NCBI GenBank assembly: GCA_030390025.1
Contig: CM059432.1
Coordinates: forward strand, 121,026,001 to 121,090,000
Length of the DNA stretch: 64,000 bases
Source: Squalus acanthias
Lineage: Eukaryota
Direction of reading: 5' to 3'
Of this stretch, positions 1-10,665 are shown piece after piece. Under the pieces are notes generated by a model, which saw only the letters and a list, made by a program, of their open reading frames with translations, did no database searches and had not been told where the DNA came from. The stretch's first letter is position 1, and each line of letters begins with the position of its first letter. Both the position numbers and the translations under genes were made by a program.

Positions 1-459
1 GAATAATAGAAATGATAAACTAAAATTTTATATCAGTTATATGTTTCTAGAAAATAACAAACAGTCATGTTCACTGTGCTAAACTGCAATGCAAATAATA
101 ACCTAAATGCTACTTTTTGCTGACTCTCATAATAAAGAGCGGAGGAGAGAGAGGGGCCCAAACTCACCGAGAGCAGCGGCGAGAGTGGACCTGGTCGGAG
201 ACGGAGCAGAGCCAGGGGAATAAAGAGCAGAGGAGAGAGAAAAATAAAATCGAAGAGTGACATTACATGTCAGCAGGTAGGTGATTGGTTGGGGAGTATT
301 ACAATTTTTTTTAGTCTCTAAGCTAGCTAAGAAACTGTAAATTGCTATAACTTTACTTTATTAAATTAGTAACCAAAACTAGATGAACCAATTAAGTAAT
401 TAATCTAAAATAATTGATTAAAAAAAAATTAATTACTAATCAAATAAATACAGAAGGTT

Positions 460-1405
460 AGATAGATTTGGCAGGGCAGGTGGTGTGCCGTAACTGCAGC
501 ATGTGGGAGTTTGTGGAGATCAGTGTGATCCCGAGCAACCACTTCTGAGGTAAGTGTCTGCAGCTCGAGGAACTTTGGCTCAGAGTTGTTGAGCTGGAGT
601 ATGAGGTGCAGACATTGCGGGGCATCAGGGAGGGGGAGAGTTATCTGGACACTTTGTTCCAGGAGGCAGTCAACCCTTAGGTTAAGAAGTGCTTTAGAGT
701 TCACCAATGATCAGGGACAGGAGGGTGTGACTGCGAGTCAGGAAGGTATGGGGACCCAGGATGTCGTGATGGAGGAGCCTCGGCCTTGACTTTGACCAAC
801 TGGTATGAGATACTTGCTACTTGTGGGGATGAGAACAAGGACTGCAGGATGGATGAGCAAACTGATCATGGCACCATGGTGCAGGAAGCCATTCAAGTGG
901 GGGGAGTGAAAACGAATGTGGTAGTGGTAGGGGACAGTATAGTCAGAGGGATAGATACTGTTCTCTGCAACCGCGACCGGGAGTTGTGTTGCCTGCCTAG
1001 TGCCAGGGTAAAGGATGTCTCCTCGTGGCTGGAGAAGAACTTGGAGTGGGAGGGGGAGGATCCAGTTGTCATGGTCCATGTAGGAACCAACAACATAGGT
1101 AGAACTAGGAATGAGGTTCTGCTGGGAGAGTTTGAGGAGCTAGGGTCGAAATTAAAACGCACAACCTCACAGGCAATAATCTCTGGATTGTTACCTGAGC
1201 CAAGTGCAAATTGGCATAGTGACAAAAAGATTAGAATGTTAAATGCGTGGCTCAAAGAGTGGTGTGGGAGGCGGGGGTTTCAATTCATTGGGCAATGGCA
1301 CCAGTACTGGGGAAAGAGAGATCTGTTCCGTGGGAACTGGCTCCACTGGCTGGGATCGGTGTCCTGGCGAATTGAATAACTAGGGCAGTAGATAGGGCTT
1401 TAAAC
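460..1405 (+). pseudogene. CR1 ORF1 (zinc finger, coiled coil, SGNH-esterase-like domain), disrupted
   Basis: ORF 786-1379 contains VVVGDSIVRG and VHVGTNNIG. The upstream Cys-rich part has stops and frameshifts. Homologous to 33166-33753. Confidence 0.8.
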
Positions 1406-1589
1406 TAATGAAGAGAGGGTGGAGGATTCAGGAAAGGGTAAACTCAAAAGCAGTAACATAAATGTCAAGGCTGTAGAGAAGAGTAGTGATCTGGGTAAAG
1501 ATAAGCAGAGTGGGTCAGGAAGGGACAGAAGGATTAATGGAGGTAATAGTGACTAAAGTGACATCAGGGAAAAATAGAAAATAGTTAAA

Positions 1590-2232
1590 GCTAAAGGTAC
1601 TATATCTGAATGCACGAAGCATTCGCAATAAAATAGATGAATTAATAGCAGAGTAAGAAATAATTGATTTTAATAGCCATTACAGAGACATGGTTGCAGA
1701 GTGACCAAGGTTGGGAAATAAATATTCCAGGATATTTGACTTTTAGAACAAACAGGCAGAATGGAAAAGGAGGAGGGGTAGCCCTGATAATAAAGGAGGG
1801 AATAAAGACAGTAGAGAGAAAGGATCTTGGCTCAGAAATACAAAATGTAGAATCAGTTTGGGTGGTGCTAAGAAACAACAAGGGGCGGAAAACATTAGTG
1901 GGAGTATTCTATAGGCCCCCTAACAGTAGTTGTCGTCTCAGGCAGAGTATAAATCAAGAAATTAGAGGCACATGTAACAAGGGTAATACAGTAATCATGG
2001 GGGACTTTAACTTTCATATGGACTGGGCAAACCAAATTTGCAGAAATAATGCAGAGGACGTGTTCATGGAATGCATTCAAGATAGCTTTCTAGATCAGTA
2101 TGTCAAGGAACCTACAAGGAATTGGCTATTTTAGATTTAGTACTGTGGAATGAGACAGGGTTAATTAATAACCTTGTAGTAAAGGAGCCTCTGGGGAGCA
2201 GTGATCATAATATGATAGAATTTTATGTTGAG
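1590..2232 (+). pseudogene. CR1 ORF2 AP-endonuclease domain, disrupted
   Basis: ORF 1664-2134 contains IAITETWL, GKGGGVAL, FYRPPNS and IMGDFN. The reading continues after the Gypsy insertion at 6674. Confidence 0.85.
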
Positions 2233-2426
2233 TGTGGTAACACAATACAGCTTCCTGTGACTCGAACTTTATTGCATCACTTCCTGTGATTAGTCCAGGA
2301 TAAATACTGGACTGAGCAGTTGGATCCTGGAGAGGCATAGAGTAAGACCTCTTTTGTATGTAGCACCTTTTTACTTGATTAAAGCTTACTTTAAGTTCAC
2401 CACGCGTAAGGCTCATTCTTACGACA
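2233..2426 (+). repeat. Gypsy 5' LTR (194 bp)
   Basis: TGTGGTAAC...CTTACGACA, with a TATA-like ATAAATA at 2300-2306 and a poly(A)-like ATTAAA at 2378-2383. Duplicated at 6480-6673. Confidence 0.97.
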
Positions 2427-2504
2427 ATTTAATCAACTTTGAAAAACTTCGCACTCAAACTTTTTGGACGAACTCGGAACTAAGGATCCAGGGAATCACC
2501 CATC

Positions 2505-5500
2505 ATGGAAAACATCCTTAAACCATCGCGTCTTGACTTGGACCCAAACACCCCAGCAGCCGGTAAGGTGTGGAAACACTGGTATCGCACGTTTGACAAT
2601 TTTCTCGAATATTGCAAGGCTGATGATGACACAAAGTTGCGGATACTCATCAACTGTGTCACTCCGAATGTATTTCAGTATGTTGAGGAATGGGGCAGTT
2701 ACGAGGAGGCAATTCGGACGCTTAAAAGACTATATACTAAGACACCGAATGAGGTCTATGCCAGACATCTACTAGCTACAGCCCAACGAGGGCCGGAGGA
2801 ATCCATTGATAAATTCCTCCAAGAGCTTCGCAGACTTAGTATGGACTGTAACTTTCAGGCGGCCTCAGCTGAGCTGTACCGTGAAGAAATGATCCGTGAT
2901 GCTTTCATCTGCGGGCTTGCCTCCCCATTTATACGCCAGCGTCTACTGGAAAGTAAGACACTTGAGCTTCAGAGAGCTTATGACATGGCTTGCTCTCTAG
3001 ATCTGGCAAAAAGAAATGCAGACCTTTATACAGTGCCCAGACCTCGGTCTGCTGCCTTAACTACAGTCAGGCAATTTAAGAGGCCACAGGTGAACTCTAT
3101 TAGGGAGGACTTTATCCCTGACGATCAATCTGATGACTTCACTGATGAAGAGGATGATGACCCCACTGTGGCAGCCTCTTGGCAATCTAAGAAATGCTTC
3201 TTTTGTGGTGATGAGTTTCACCCTCGGAAATTCTGCCCTGCTCGCAATGCGTTTTGCAGTCATTGCAACAAAAAGGGTCATTTTGCAAAGGTTTGCCTAT
3301 CAAGAGCCTCTACGAGGGCTTATCAAGCTAAGTCCTACCGAACTGCCCCGGTAAGGGCCTATCAAGATGTTCCGGCTAAAATCTATCGTGCTTCCTCTCG
3401 GGTTTTCTCTCGAAGAAACACACCTAGAGTTTCAGCCACTCTTTGTGCAACGACACCAATTACAGCTGCTTGTCCTCAGAACCTATTCCATGCAGCTACA
3501 AAAGCATCAATTAATGGACATACTTTAGATGCCTTAATTGACTCAGGTAGCACTGATAGTTTCATTAGGGAACAGATTGTTGCAGAGTTAAAGCTACATG
3601 TTTTCCCATCGGACCAGGCAATTGCGATGGCTCAGTCATCACTTAATACCAGAATTTCTGGCTTTTGTATGGTTGAAATAACACTTAATGGTCACAGGTA
3701 TCCCTCCACCCGGCTTTCGGTGCTCAAGGACTTATGTAGTGATCTTATCTTAGGGCTGGATTTTCAAAAGCAGCATAAGAAGCTCACTATTGAGTTCGGC
3801 GGATCCAAACCTGAACTCACTATTTCTAATATACGACCTCGATTACCGTTCTGTGCATTGTCAGCAGCTTCACTGGATGAACCCTCACTGTTTACCAGTA
3901 TCCCTCCTCGATGCAAACCGATTATAACAAAGTCACGACGTTTCAGTCAGGAAGACCAGTCTTTTATTGCAGCTGAGATTTCTCGGCTTTTAGCAGAGGA
4001 TATCATCGAGCCTTGTTCGTCACCATGGCGCGCCCAGGTCGTTATTGTTAAGAACCCTCTACAACCTCACAAGAAACGGCTGTGCATTGACTATTCACAG
4101 ACCATCAATCAATATACAGACTTGGACGCATACCCATTGCCGCGCATCGATGATATGGTTAATAAACTGGCTGAGTACACGGTGTTCTCAACATATGATC
4201 TGAAAAGTGCCTATCATCAGGTACTCTTGAAGGTCTCAGACAAGCAGTATACGGCCTTTGAAGCCAACGGACGGCTGTATCAATTTCGTCGCCTCCCCTT
4301 TGGGGTCACTAATGGAGTGGCTGTCTTCCAGCGAGCAATGGATGACCTGGTCAAACAGGAAGACTTGAAGGATACGTTTCCTTATCTGGACAATATTACT
4401 GTCGCAGGTCGCAATCAGCGGGAACATGATGCCAATCTCCAACGATTTTGGGATGCACTCCAGCACCGTAATTTGACATTAAATGCGGCTAAATCCATTG
4501 AGTCACAACCAACCATCAACATCCTTGGCTATTGTGTGGGCAATGGCATCATTAAACCTGACCCTGAAAGGCTTCGCCCACTCCAAGAGCTCCCGCCACC
4601 TAAGAATCCGGCCTCCTTGCGCCGGGCCCTCGGCCTGTTTGCATACTATGCTAAATGGATTCCTAACTTCTCGGACCGAATCCAACCTCTACTGAAGGCC
4701 AGCACATTCCCACTAGACACAGCGGCTGTTGCAGCCTTTAACCTCCTGAAAAAACAGTTGGAGAAAGCGGCTCTTCACTCCATCGATGAGAGTCTTCCTT
4801 TTGTTGTTGAGTGTGATGCCTCGGAGGTGGCGATCTCGGCCACTCTGAATCAGGAAGGTCGTCCGGTGGCATTTTTGTCCAGGACTTTTCAAGGGGCTGA
4901 GCTACATTATCCTCCAGTCGAGAAAGAAGCTACAGCCATCATAGAGGCAGTACGGAAGTGGACTCATCTCCTAGCTCGCCAGCACTTTACCTTAATCACG
5001 GACCAGCGATCGGTCGCCTTCATGCTCGATAATCGAAAACGGACCAAAATTAAAAATAATAAAATCCAGCTTTGGCGGCTGGAATTGGCCTCTTTTGGTT
5101 ACACCATCCACTATCGACCTGGCAAGGAGAATGTGGCTCCGGATACCCTCACACGAGCATTCTGCTCCGCCATGACACCCTCTACGCTCGTAGACATCCA
5201 TGATGGGTTGTGTCATCCGGGCGTTACTCGCATGCTACACTTCGTGCGGTCCCGAAATCTCCCATTCTCTACCAGGGATGTAAAGAAGATGTGCTCGGAC
5301 TGCAGAGTCTGTGCGGAATTGAAACCTCAGTTTTTCCGCCCCTCGGGTGGTATACTCATACATGCGACCCAGCCAATGCAACGGCTTAGCATCGATTTTA
5401 AGGGGCCGTTGCCCTCTTCAACTCGCAACACTTATCTATTGACCATGGTCGATGAGTATTCCCGTTTTCCGTTTGCCTTTCCCTGCCCCAATATGCTGAC

Positions 5501-6461
5501 GACCACGGTTATCAGCTGCCTTGAGCAGGTATTTGCTTTCTGTGGCATGGCATCCTATGTTCATTCGGATCGGGGCCCTTCTTTTATGTCAGGAGAACTC
5601 AAGGCCTATCTCTCGGAACGGGGTATTGCTGCCAGCAGAACGACGCCTTATCATCCGGTCGGGAATGGGCAAGTCGAGCGTTTTAACGCTATCATCTGGA
5701 ATGCGGTACGTCTGGCTTTGAGATCTCGGGGCCTACCCAACCAGCAATGGGAAGCAGTACTTCCAGACGCATTACACTCCACACGGTCCCTCCTTTCGAC
5801 CGCCACAAATACGACGCCTCATGAACGGTTCTTCCGATTTCAGCGTCGCTCATCCTATGGGATATCTCTCCCGTCGTGGCTGACTGCACCGGGACCAGTG
5901 CTACTCCGAAGATATGTCCGGGCGTCTAAGAATGACCCCCTGGTAGATGAGGTTGAGCTCACTGACGTCAACCCTACCTACGCCTATATTCGGTATCCTG
6001 ACGGTCGGGAATCTACCGTGTCATTGCGGGATCTGGCTCCCTGCCCGCCGAAACATAGAGGGACACCAGGGGATGATATTGTACCAGGCACATCTCTGGG
6101 CTCGCCAGGTGCCTCTCATCACGATCTGGATCTGACGCCGGCTGGTACCTCACTCCAGCGTGCCGACCTGGGGCAGACTGACTATGAGCCCGTCGGGGCT
6201 CGCACGCGCAGCCACGATCCACCCCGTACCATACGCTCGGAAACGGATCTGCCACAGCCCTGCCCGACACCCGTTCGGGCACCAGTACACAGTCAGGATC
6301 GTCCTGACCCCTCACAGAGCGGGCTGGATCACTCGGACTCTGGTCCACGGCCCGCGGCGGGTAAACGGGCTAGGGGCCCTCTACCGCTACGAGAACCCAA
6401 ACGGGTGCGGCTCTCCCTCGTCCGGCGGCTACGAAATGGAGGGAGCATCCCGGCCTCCTAA
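2505..6461 (+). CDS. Gypsy Gag-Pol polyprotein (1318 aa): Gag with two CCHC knuckles, aspartic protease, RT, RNase H, integrase
   Basis: Knuckles CFFCGDEFHPRKFC and CSHCNKKGHFAKVC; protease ALIDSGS; RT DLKSAYHQ, LPFGVTNG, YLDN; RNase H VECDASE, EKEA, ITDQRS; integrase HHCC (IHDGLCH...CSDCRVC) with SIDFKG, HSDRG and GQVERFN. Confidence 0.96.
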   Translation: MENILKPSRLDLDPNTPAAGKVWKHWYRTFDNFLEYCKADDDTKLRILINCVTPNVFQYVEEWGSYEEAIRTLKRLYTKTPNEVYARHLLATAQRGPEESIDKFLQELRRLSMDCNFQAASAELYREEMIRDAFICGLASPFIRQRLLESKTLELQRAYDMACSLDLAKRNADLYTVPRPRSAALTTVRQFKRPQVNSIREDFIPDDQSDDFTDEEDDDPTVAASWQSKKCFFCGDEFHPRKFCPARNAFCSHCNKKGHFAKVCLSRASTRAYQAKSYRTAPVRAYQDVPAKIYRASSRVFSRRNTPRVSATLCATTPITAACPQNLFHAATKASINGHTLDALIDSGSTDSFIREQIVAELKLHVFPSDQAIAMAQSSLNTRISGFCMVEITLNGHRYPSTRLSVLKDLCSDLILGLDFQKQHKKLTIEFGGSKPELTISNIRPRLPFCALSAASLDEPSLFTSIPPRCKPIITKSRRFSQEDQSFIAAEISRLLAEDIIEPCSSPWRAQVVIVKNPLQPHKKRLCIDYSQTINQYTDLDAYPLPRIDDMVNKLAEYTVFSTYDLKSAYHQVLLKVSDKQYTAFEANGRLYQFRRLPFGVTNGVAVFQRAMDDLVKQEDLKDTFPYLDNITVAGRNQREHDANLQRFWDALQHRNLTLNAAKSIESQPTINILGYCVGNGIIKPDPERLRPLQELPPPKNPASLRRALGLFAYYAKWIPNFSDRIQPLLKASTFPLDTAAVAAFNLLKKQLEKAALHSIDESLPFVVECDASEVAISATLNQEGRPVAFLSRTFQGAELHYPPVEKEATAIIEAVRKWTHLLARQHFTLITDQRSVAFMLDNRKRTKIKNNKIQLWRLELASFGYTIHYRPGKENVAPDTLTRAFCSAMTPSTLVDIHDGLCHPGVTRMLHFVRSRNLPFSTRDVKKMCSDCRVCAELKPQFFRPSGGILIHATQPMQRLSIDFKGPLPSSTRNTYLLTMVDEYSRFPFAFPCPNMLTTTVISCLEQVFAFCGMASYVHSDRGPSFMSGELKAYLSERGIAASRTTPYHPVGNGQVERFNAIIWNAVRLALRSRGLPNQQWEAVLPDALHSTRSLLSTATNTTPHERFFRFQRRSSYGISLPSWLTAPGPVLLRRYVRASKNDPLVDEVELTDVNPTYAYIRYPDGRESTVSLRDLAPCPPKHRGTPGDDIVPGTSLGSPGASHHDLDLTPAGTSLQRADLGQTDYEPVGARTRSHDPPRTIRSETDLPQPCPTPVRAPVHSQDRPDPSQSGLDHSDSGPRPAAGKRARGPLPLREPKRVRLSLVRRLRNGGSIPAS

Positions 6462-6467
6462 TCTTTT

Positions 6468-6479
6468 GGGGGGGGAGAA
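6468..6479 (+). promoter_or_regulatory. Polypurine tract (plus-strand primer)
   Basis: GGGGGGGGAGAA lies immediately upstream of the 3' LTR. Confidence 0.9.
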
Positions 6480-6673
6480 TGTGGTAACACAATACAGCTT
6501 CCTGTGACTCGAACTTTATTGCATCACTTCCTGTGATTAGTCCAGGATAAATACTGGACTGAGCAGTTGGATCCTGGAGAGGCATAGAGTAAGACCTCTT
6601 TTGTATGTAGCACCTTTTTACTTGATTAAAGCTTACTTTAAGTTCACCACGCGTAAGGCTCATTCTTACGACA
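6480..6673 (+). repeat. Gypsy 3' LTR (194 bp)
   Basis: No mismatch to 2233-2426 on visual comparison; followed by the TSD TTGAG. Confidence 0.97.
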
Positions 6674-7384
6674 TTGAGTTTCAGAGTGATTTAGTTAAGT
6701 CCAAAAATAGTGTCCTAAACCTGAACAAACCAAATTACGTAGGTATGAGAGGTGAGTTGGCTCAGGTAGATTGGAAAACTAGATTAAAAGATATGACAGT
6801 AGAAAAGTAATGGCAAACATTTAAAGAAATAATTCATAATTCGCAACGAATATACATTCCCTTAAGGAGGAAAAACACCACGGGAAAAATGGTCCAACCG
6901 TGGCTAACAAGAGAAATTAAAGATAGTATTAGATTAAAGGAAGAGGCTTATAATGTTGCCAAAAAGAGTAGTAAGCCTGAGGATTGGGAGGATATTAGAA
7001 TTCAGCAAAGGAGGACCAAGAAATTGATAAAGAAAGGGAAAATAGAATGAGAGCAAACTAGCGAGTAAACTAGCGAGAGACATAAAAACAGATTGTAAAA
7101 GCTTCTATAGGTATGTAAACAGGCAAAGCTTAGTGAAAGTAAAAGTGGGTTCCTTACAGGCTGAGACAGGAGAATTATAATTGGGAATAATGAAATGGCA
7201 GAGAAATTAAACAAATACTTTGGCTGCGATTTTCCCATAGGAGGCGGGTTCGTGTCAGGTTGGCTGGTCAGCGGGTTCCGGTCCCTCTGCCGGTTTCAGC
7301 CACAATGAAATAACTATTTTGACTTAACTGGGCTTATTGAGTCCACCGTGCGCTTTACCCGGCCCAATCAGTGGGTTCAGGTCT

Positions 7385-9148
7385 GCTGCTCGCCTCTGCT
7401 GATGTCTGGCTGCAACTTGGTGAGGAGGTTAGCGCCCGGTCTTTGTGCTCACGCACCTGGGTGCAGTGCAGGAAAAGGTTCAATGATCTGCTACGCTCAA
7501 CAAAAGTGAGTATAACATCACACTTACCTTCAATCTGCTTTCCATCTCTTCTCATCACCAGCACTCTGCATTGTCAACCTACTCCTGCACATCCTAATTT
7601 ACCCTTACATCCCTTGCACCCTTAACCATCCCTCTCTCTCTATGTACAGAATCACTCCACCATTCTACTATGTACCCCTCACACTCGCTCTCACTGTTAT
7701 GCAATGGCAACAACTAACAACGCACAGGGAGGGCCCTTGGTATGGGCACCTCACTCCATCTTTGTCTCCCTCTAAGTATCTATGCTATGGATTCTTTATA
7801 CTTACTGCAACATTCTCGCTCAAACTCCACTTGTCTCCCTCATTGCAGGAAAAGAGAGCCCACAATAAGAGGGGGAGAGGGAGGAGGAGGACAGGAGGAG
7901 GGCTGCCTTCCATGGTGCACTTAACCACCGCTGAGGAGGCTGCTATCGAGATCATTGGAGGTGCAGAGGAGCTGAAAGTGGGTGACGGAGAGACGGGCGC
8001 AGTAGAGCAAGCTGGTGACAGAATAGATTTGTAACCCTCTCATTTAGATTTCATGAGTGACTGATATGGCATCTGATGTTCATACAGATTGAGTTCTGAT
8101 CATCTGCTACGTTAATATCACATGTCTAAATCATGCCTTTACTCCCCCATAGGACCATCGAGAGCCCCCCTCCCCACTGTCCAGGAGGAAGAGCTGGAAG
8201 ACTCTTCAGAGGAAGCTGCAACCTCTGAGGGAGCAGCATCATCAGAGATGAGCGCACCCAGCACCAGCGCAGAGACGCACACCTCGGTGGGTCATTCGCG
8301 AGATAGATTACTGCTGTCACCTGGTGTATCACAGCTCACAAGTGAGCATCAGCAGATGGTGGAGACAGGGACAGCAGAGGAGAGCCCTCGTCGGAGGGCG
8401 AGGGACGCTCCGAGCACTGCTCAGCTGCATGTGGACGCTGTGCCTCTGGGGCCATCCAGAAAGAGAGCAGTGCTGGAACTTCAGGATCAAGTGCAGGAGG
8501 CTCTGACAGAGTTTGCAACCACTGTAACTGCGTGCAGAGAATGGAGGAGTCCATCTCAAACATGAGCAATGCCGTGGTGCACACAATTGCGAATGCAGGA
8601 TGGCAACCTCCATGGAGGACATAAATCACCAGACTCAAATGAACATGGTGACTCTTCTAAATAGATGGTCTGCTATGGAGGATAGATGGGCATCTATTGA
8701 GGAGAGGAACCAGAGGTACATGGACGTCCCCGTTATGAGGACTGTCAGTACAGAGACGGGTCCTCATTGCCCCACTGATGTGCTGCAAGGTGCTCTCCAG
8801 CTACTTGCTAGCAGTGAAGTGCGGGTGACCCATGAGAGGGATATTGGTGGTCTACAACAAGGAAATGTGGACTCCTCTCCAAGCGCTCACACCCCAATAC
8901 CACTGCGGAGCCCTCGGTCAGAGCCCCAGATTCCTCACCTAACTGAGATGGTCGTCTCAGTCCCTACACAACCGCAGGAGGAGCAGACTGTTGCAGAGCT
9001 CTCCCACGCTCCCAAACCCAGAGGACGCCCGCCAAAGGCGTCAAAGCAGGTGCAGCATAGAAGTGAGCAAGGTGCCTCTACATCTGCTGAAGCAACAGGG
9101 GAAGCACCGCGTAAAAGCACGCGTAAGAGAAAGTTAACACAGAAATAG
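7385..9148 (+). pseudogene. Harbinger Myb/SANT-like protein, 3 exons (~7385-7505, 7849-8014, 8153-9148), 5' deleted and frameshifted
   Basis: VWLQLGEEV...RTWVQCRKRFNDL Myb/SANT signature. GT-AG sites at 7506/7848 and 8015/8152 join in frame. Exon 2 begins EKRAHNKR. There is a frameshift near 8530-8560 and a basic C-terminus RKSTRKRK. Confidence 0.8.
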
Positions 9149-9597
9149 TCACAAGGGTAGTAACTTGGGTGTTTGGATCTAATGCAAAGTTACGTTTCTC
9201 ATCGTTATTTCAATTGTATTAAAGAAATGCGATGGAAAAGATTCAAAGAGTTGTCCTATGTGTGCTCAGAAATGGAAGTTGCACAGTGAGGGGTCAGGAT
9301 GCCTCTCATCTGTAATGATGGTGGTGAGAGTAATAGGAAACCACAGTTTATTGTACAGATGCTGTATGGTGTGTTAAGAAGGTCGGCCAGACACTCATTT
9401 CCATGTTCCAGCCACGTGTTTGAGGCGTAAACTTACGCAAATCTGGCATGGATTAGTGTATCTCTTGCCTCACAGCTAGCAATGTCGTTGCGTGCTGGTG
9501 GAACTGGCACATCCGCCTCCGCAAGGTCTTCCTCATCTGCTGCATCCTCTTCCTCCGCCTCCTCTTCTGAGGAGGCTGTGCGCTGAGCCACTTGTTC

Positions 9598-10665
9598 CTA
9601 AGGCAGCGTTAAGCCACGCTGCTGTGCGATGTTGTGCAGGGCACAGCAGACCACAATGATTCGGGATACCCTGGATGGTGCATACTGTAGGGCTTCACCA
9701 GATCTGTCAAGGCATCTGAATCGCATTTTGAGCAAGCCGATGGTTTGCTCTATGATGCTTCTGGTGGAAATGTGGCTCACAGTGTACCGCTCCTCAGCTT
9801 CGTTTGATGGCCTCCTCATCGGTGTCATTAGCCACATCTTCAGTGGATAGCTCTTGACTCTGAGTTGCCATCCAGAAAGTTGGGTTGGCGGATTGAACAG
9901 CTGAGGCACAGTAGACTGCCGCAGGATGAACGAGTCCTGGCAACTGCCAGGGTACTTGGCGTAAACATGCATAATGTTCTTCCTGTGGTTACACACCAGC
10001 TGGATGTTAAGGGAATGGAAGCCCTTGCGGTTCACAAATACAGCTGGGTTGTGATGGGGTGCCCTAATGGCTACATGTGTGCAGCCTACGACGCCCTGCA
10101 CCCTTGGGAAGCCTGCATTATTTGCAAATACAAACGCAAGCGCGGTTACACTTGCTTCATCCGTGGAGAAGTGGATGTAATTGTGTGACTTTGCAAAGAC
10201 GGCATCGGTAACCTGCGTGATGCAAGTGTGTGCGGCCGACTGGGAGATGCCGCTGATGTCTACTGATGATCCCTGGAAGGACCCTGAAGCAAAGAAGTTG
10301 AGTGTGGTGGTGCCTTTAACAGCCACTGTTAAGGAGTGTCCACGCGCTCCTCTGGGCTGCGGGTGTTGGTGCAGCATTGTGCAGATGTCAGCGACTACCT
10401 CTCGCGAAAGTCTCAGCCTCCTTTGGCAGTGCTGCTCACTCATGTTAAGGAAGCTCATCCTCAGCCTGTAAACCCTGTGTTGGGGGTATCTCCTGTGGCA
10501 CGGTGCAGCCCTGCGCTGACACCCTCTGCCCTGTGCAGCATCAGGTGGGTGAGGAGGAGGTTGGCGCTCCTGTTGTTGCTGCTGCAGTGCCTGGTTCTGC
10601 TGCTGCCGCGGCTGCTCTTCCTCCGATTCTGAGGACCAGGATGAGAGGGTATAAATGGTTCCCAT
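9598..10665 (-). pseudogene. Harbinger (HARBI1-like) DDE transposase with degenerate catalytic motifs
   Basis: [24 protein letters not shown] and [15 protein letters not shown] are present. The catalytic motifs are altered relative to 47200-48360: GVVGCTH vs GAIDCTH, and LRVKSY vs LGDKGY. The acidic tail continues past a premature stop. Confidence 0.88.

Larger units (their letters stand above)
2233..6673 (+). mobile_element. Complete Ty3/Gypsy LTR retrotransposon, very recent insertion
   Basis: Two TG...CA LTRs of 194 bp that are identical by eye, a 5-bp TSD TTGAG (2228-2232 and 6674-6678), a polypurine tract before the 3' LTR, and one uninterrupted gag-pol ORF in PR-RT-RH-IN order. Confidence 0.97.

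Noticed and set aside
6013..6507. env or accessory ORF in the Gypsy 3' region
   Set aside because: Short overlapping frames with no signal peptide, transmembrane segment or space for env.
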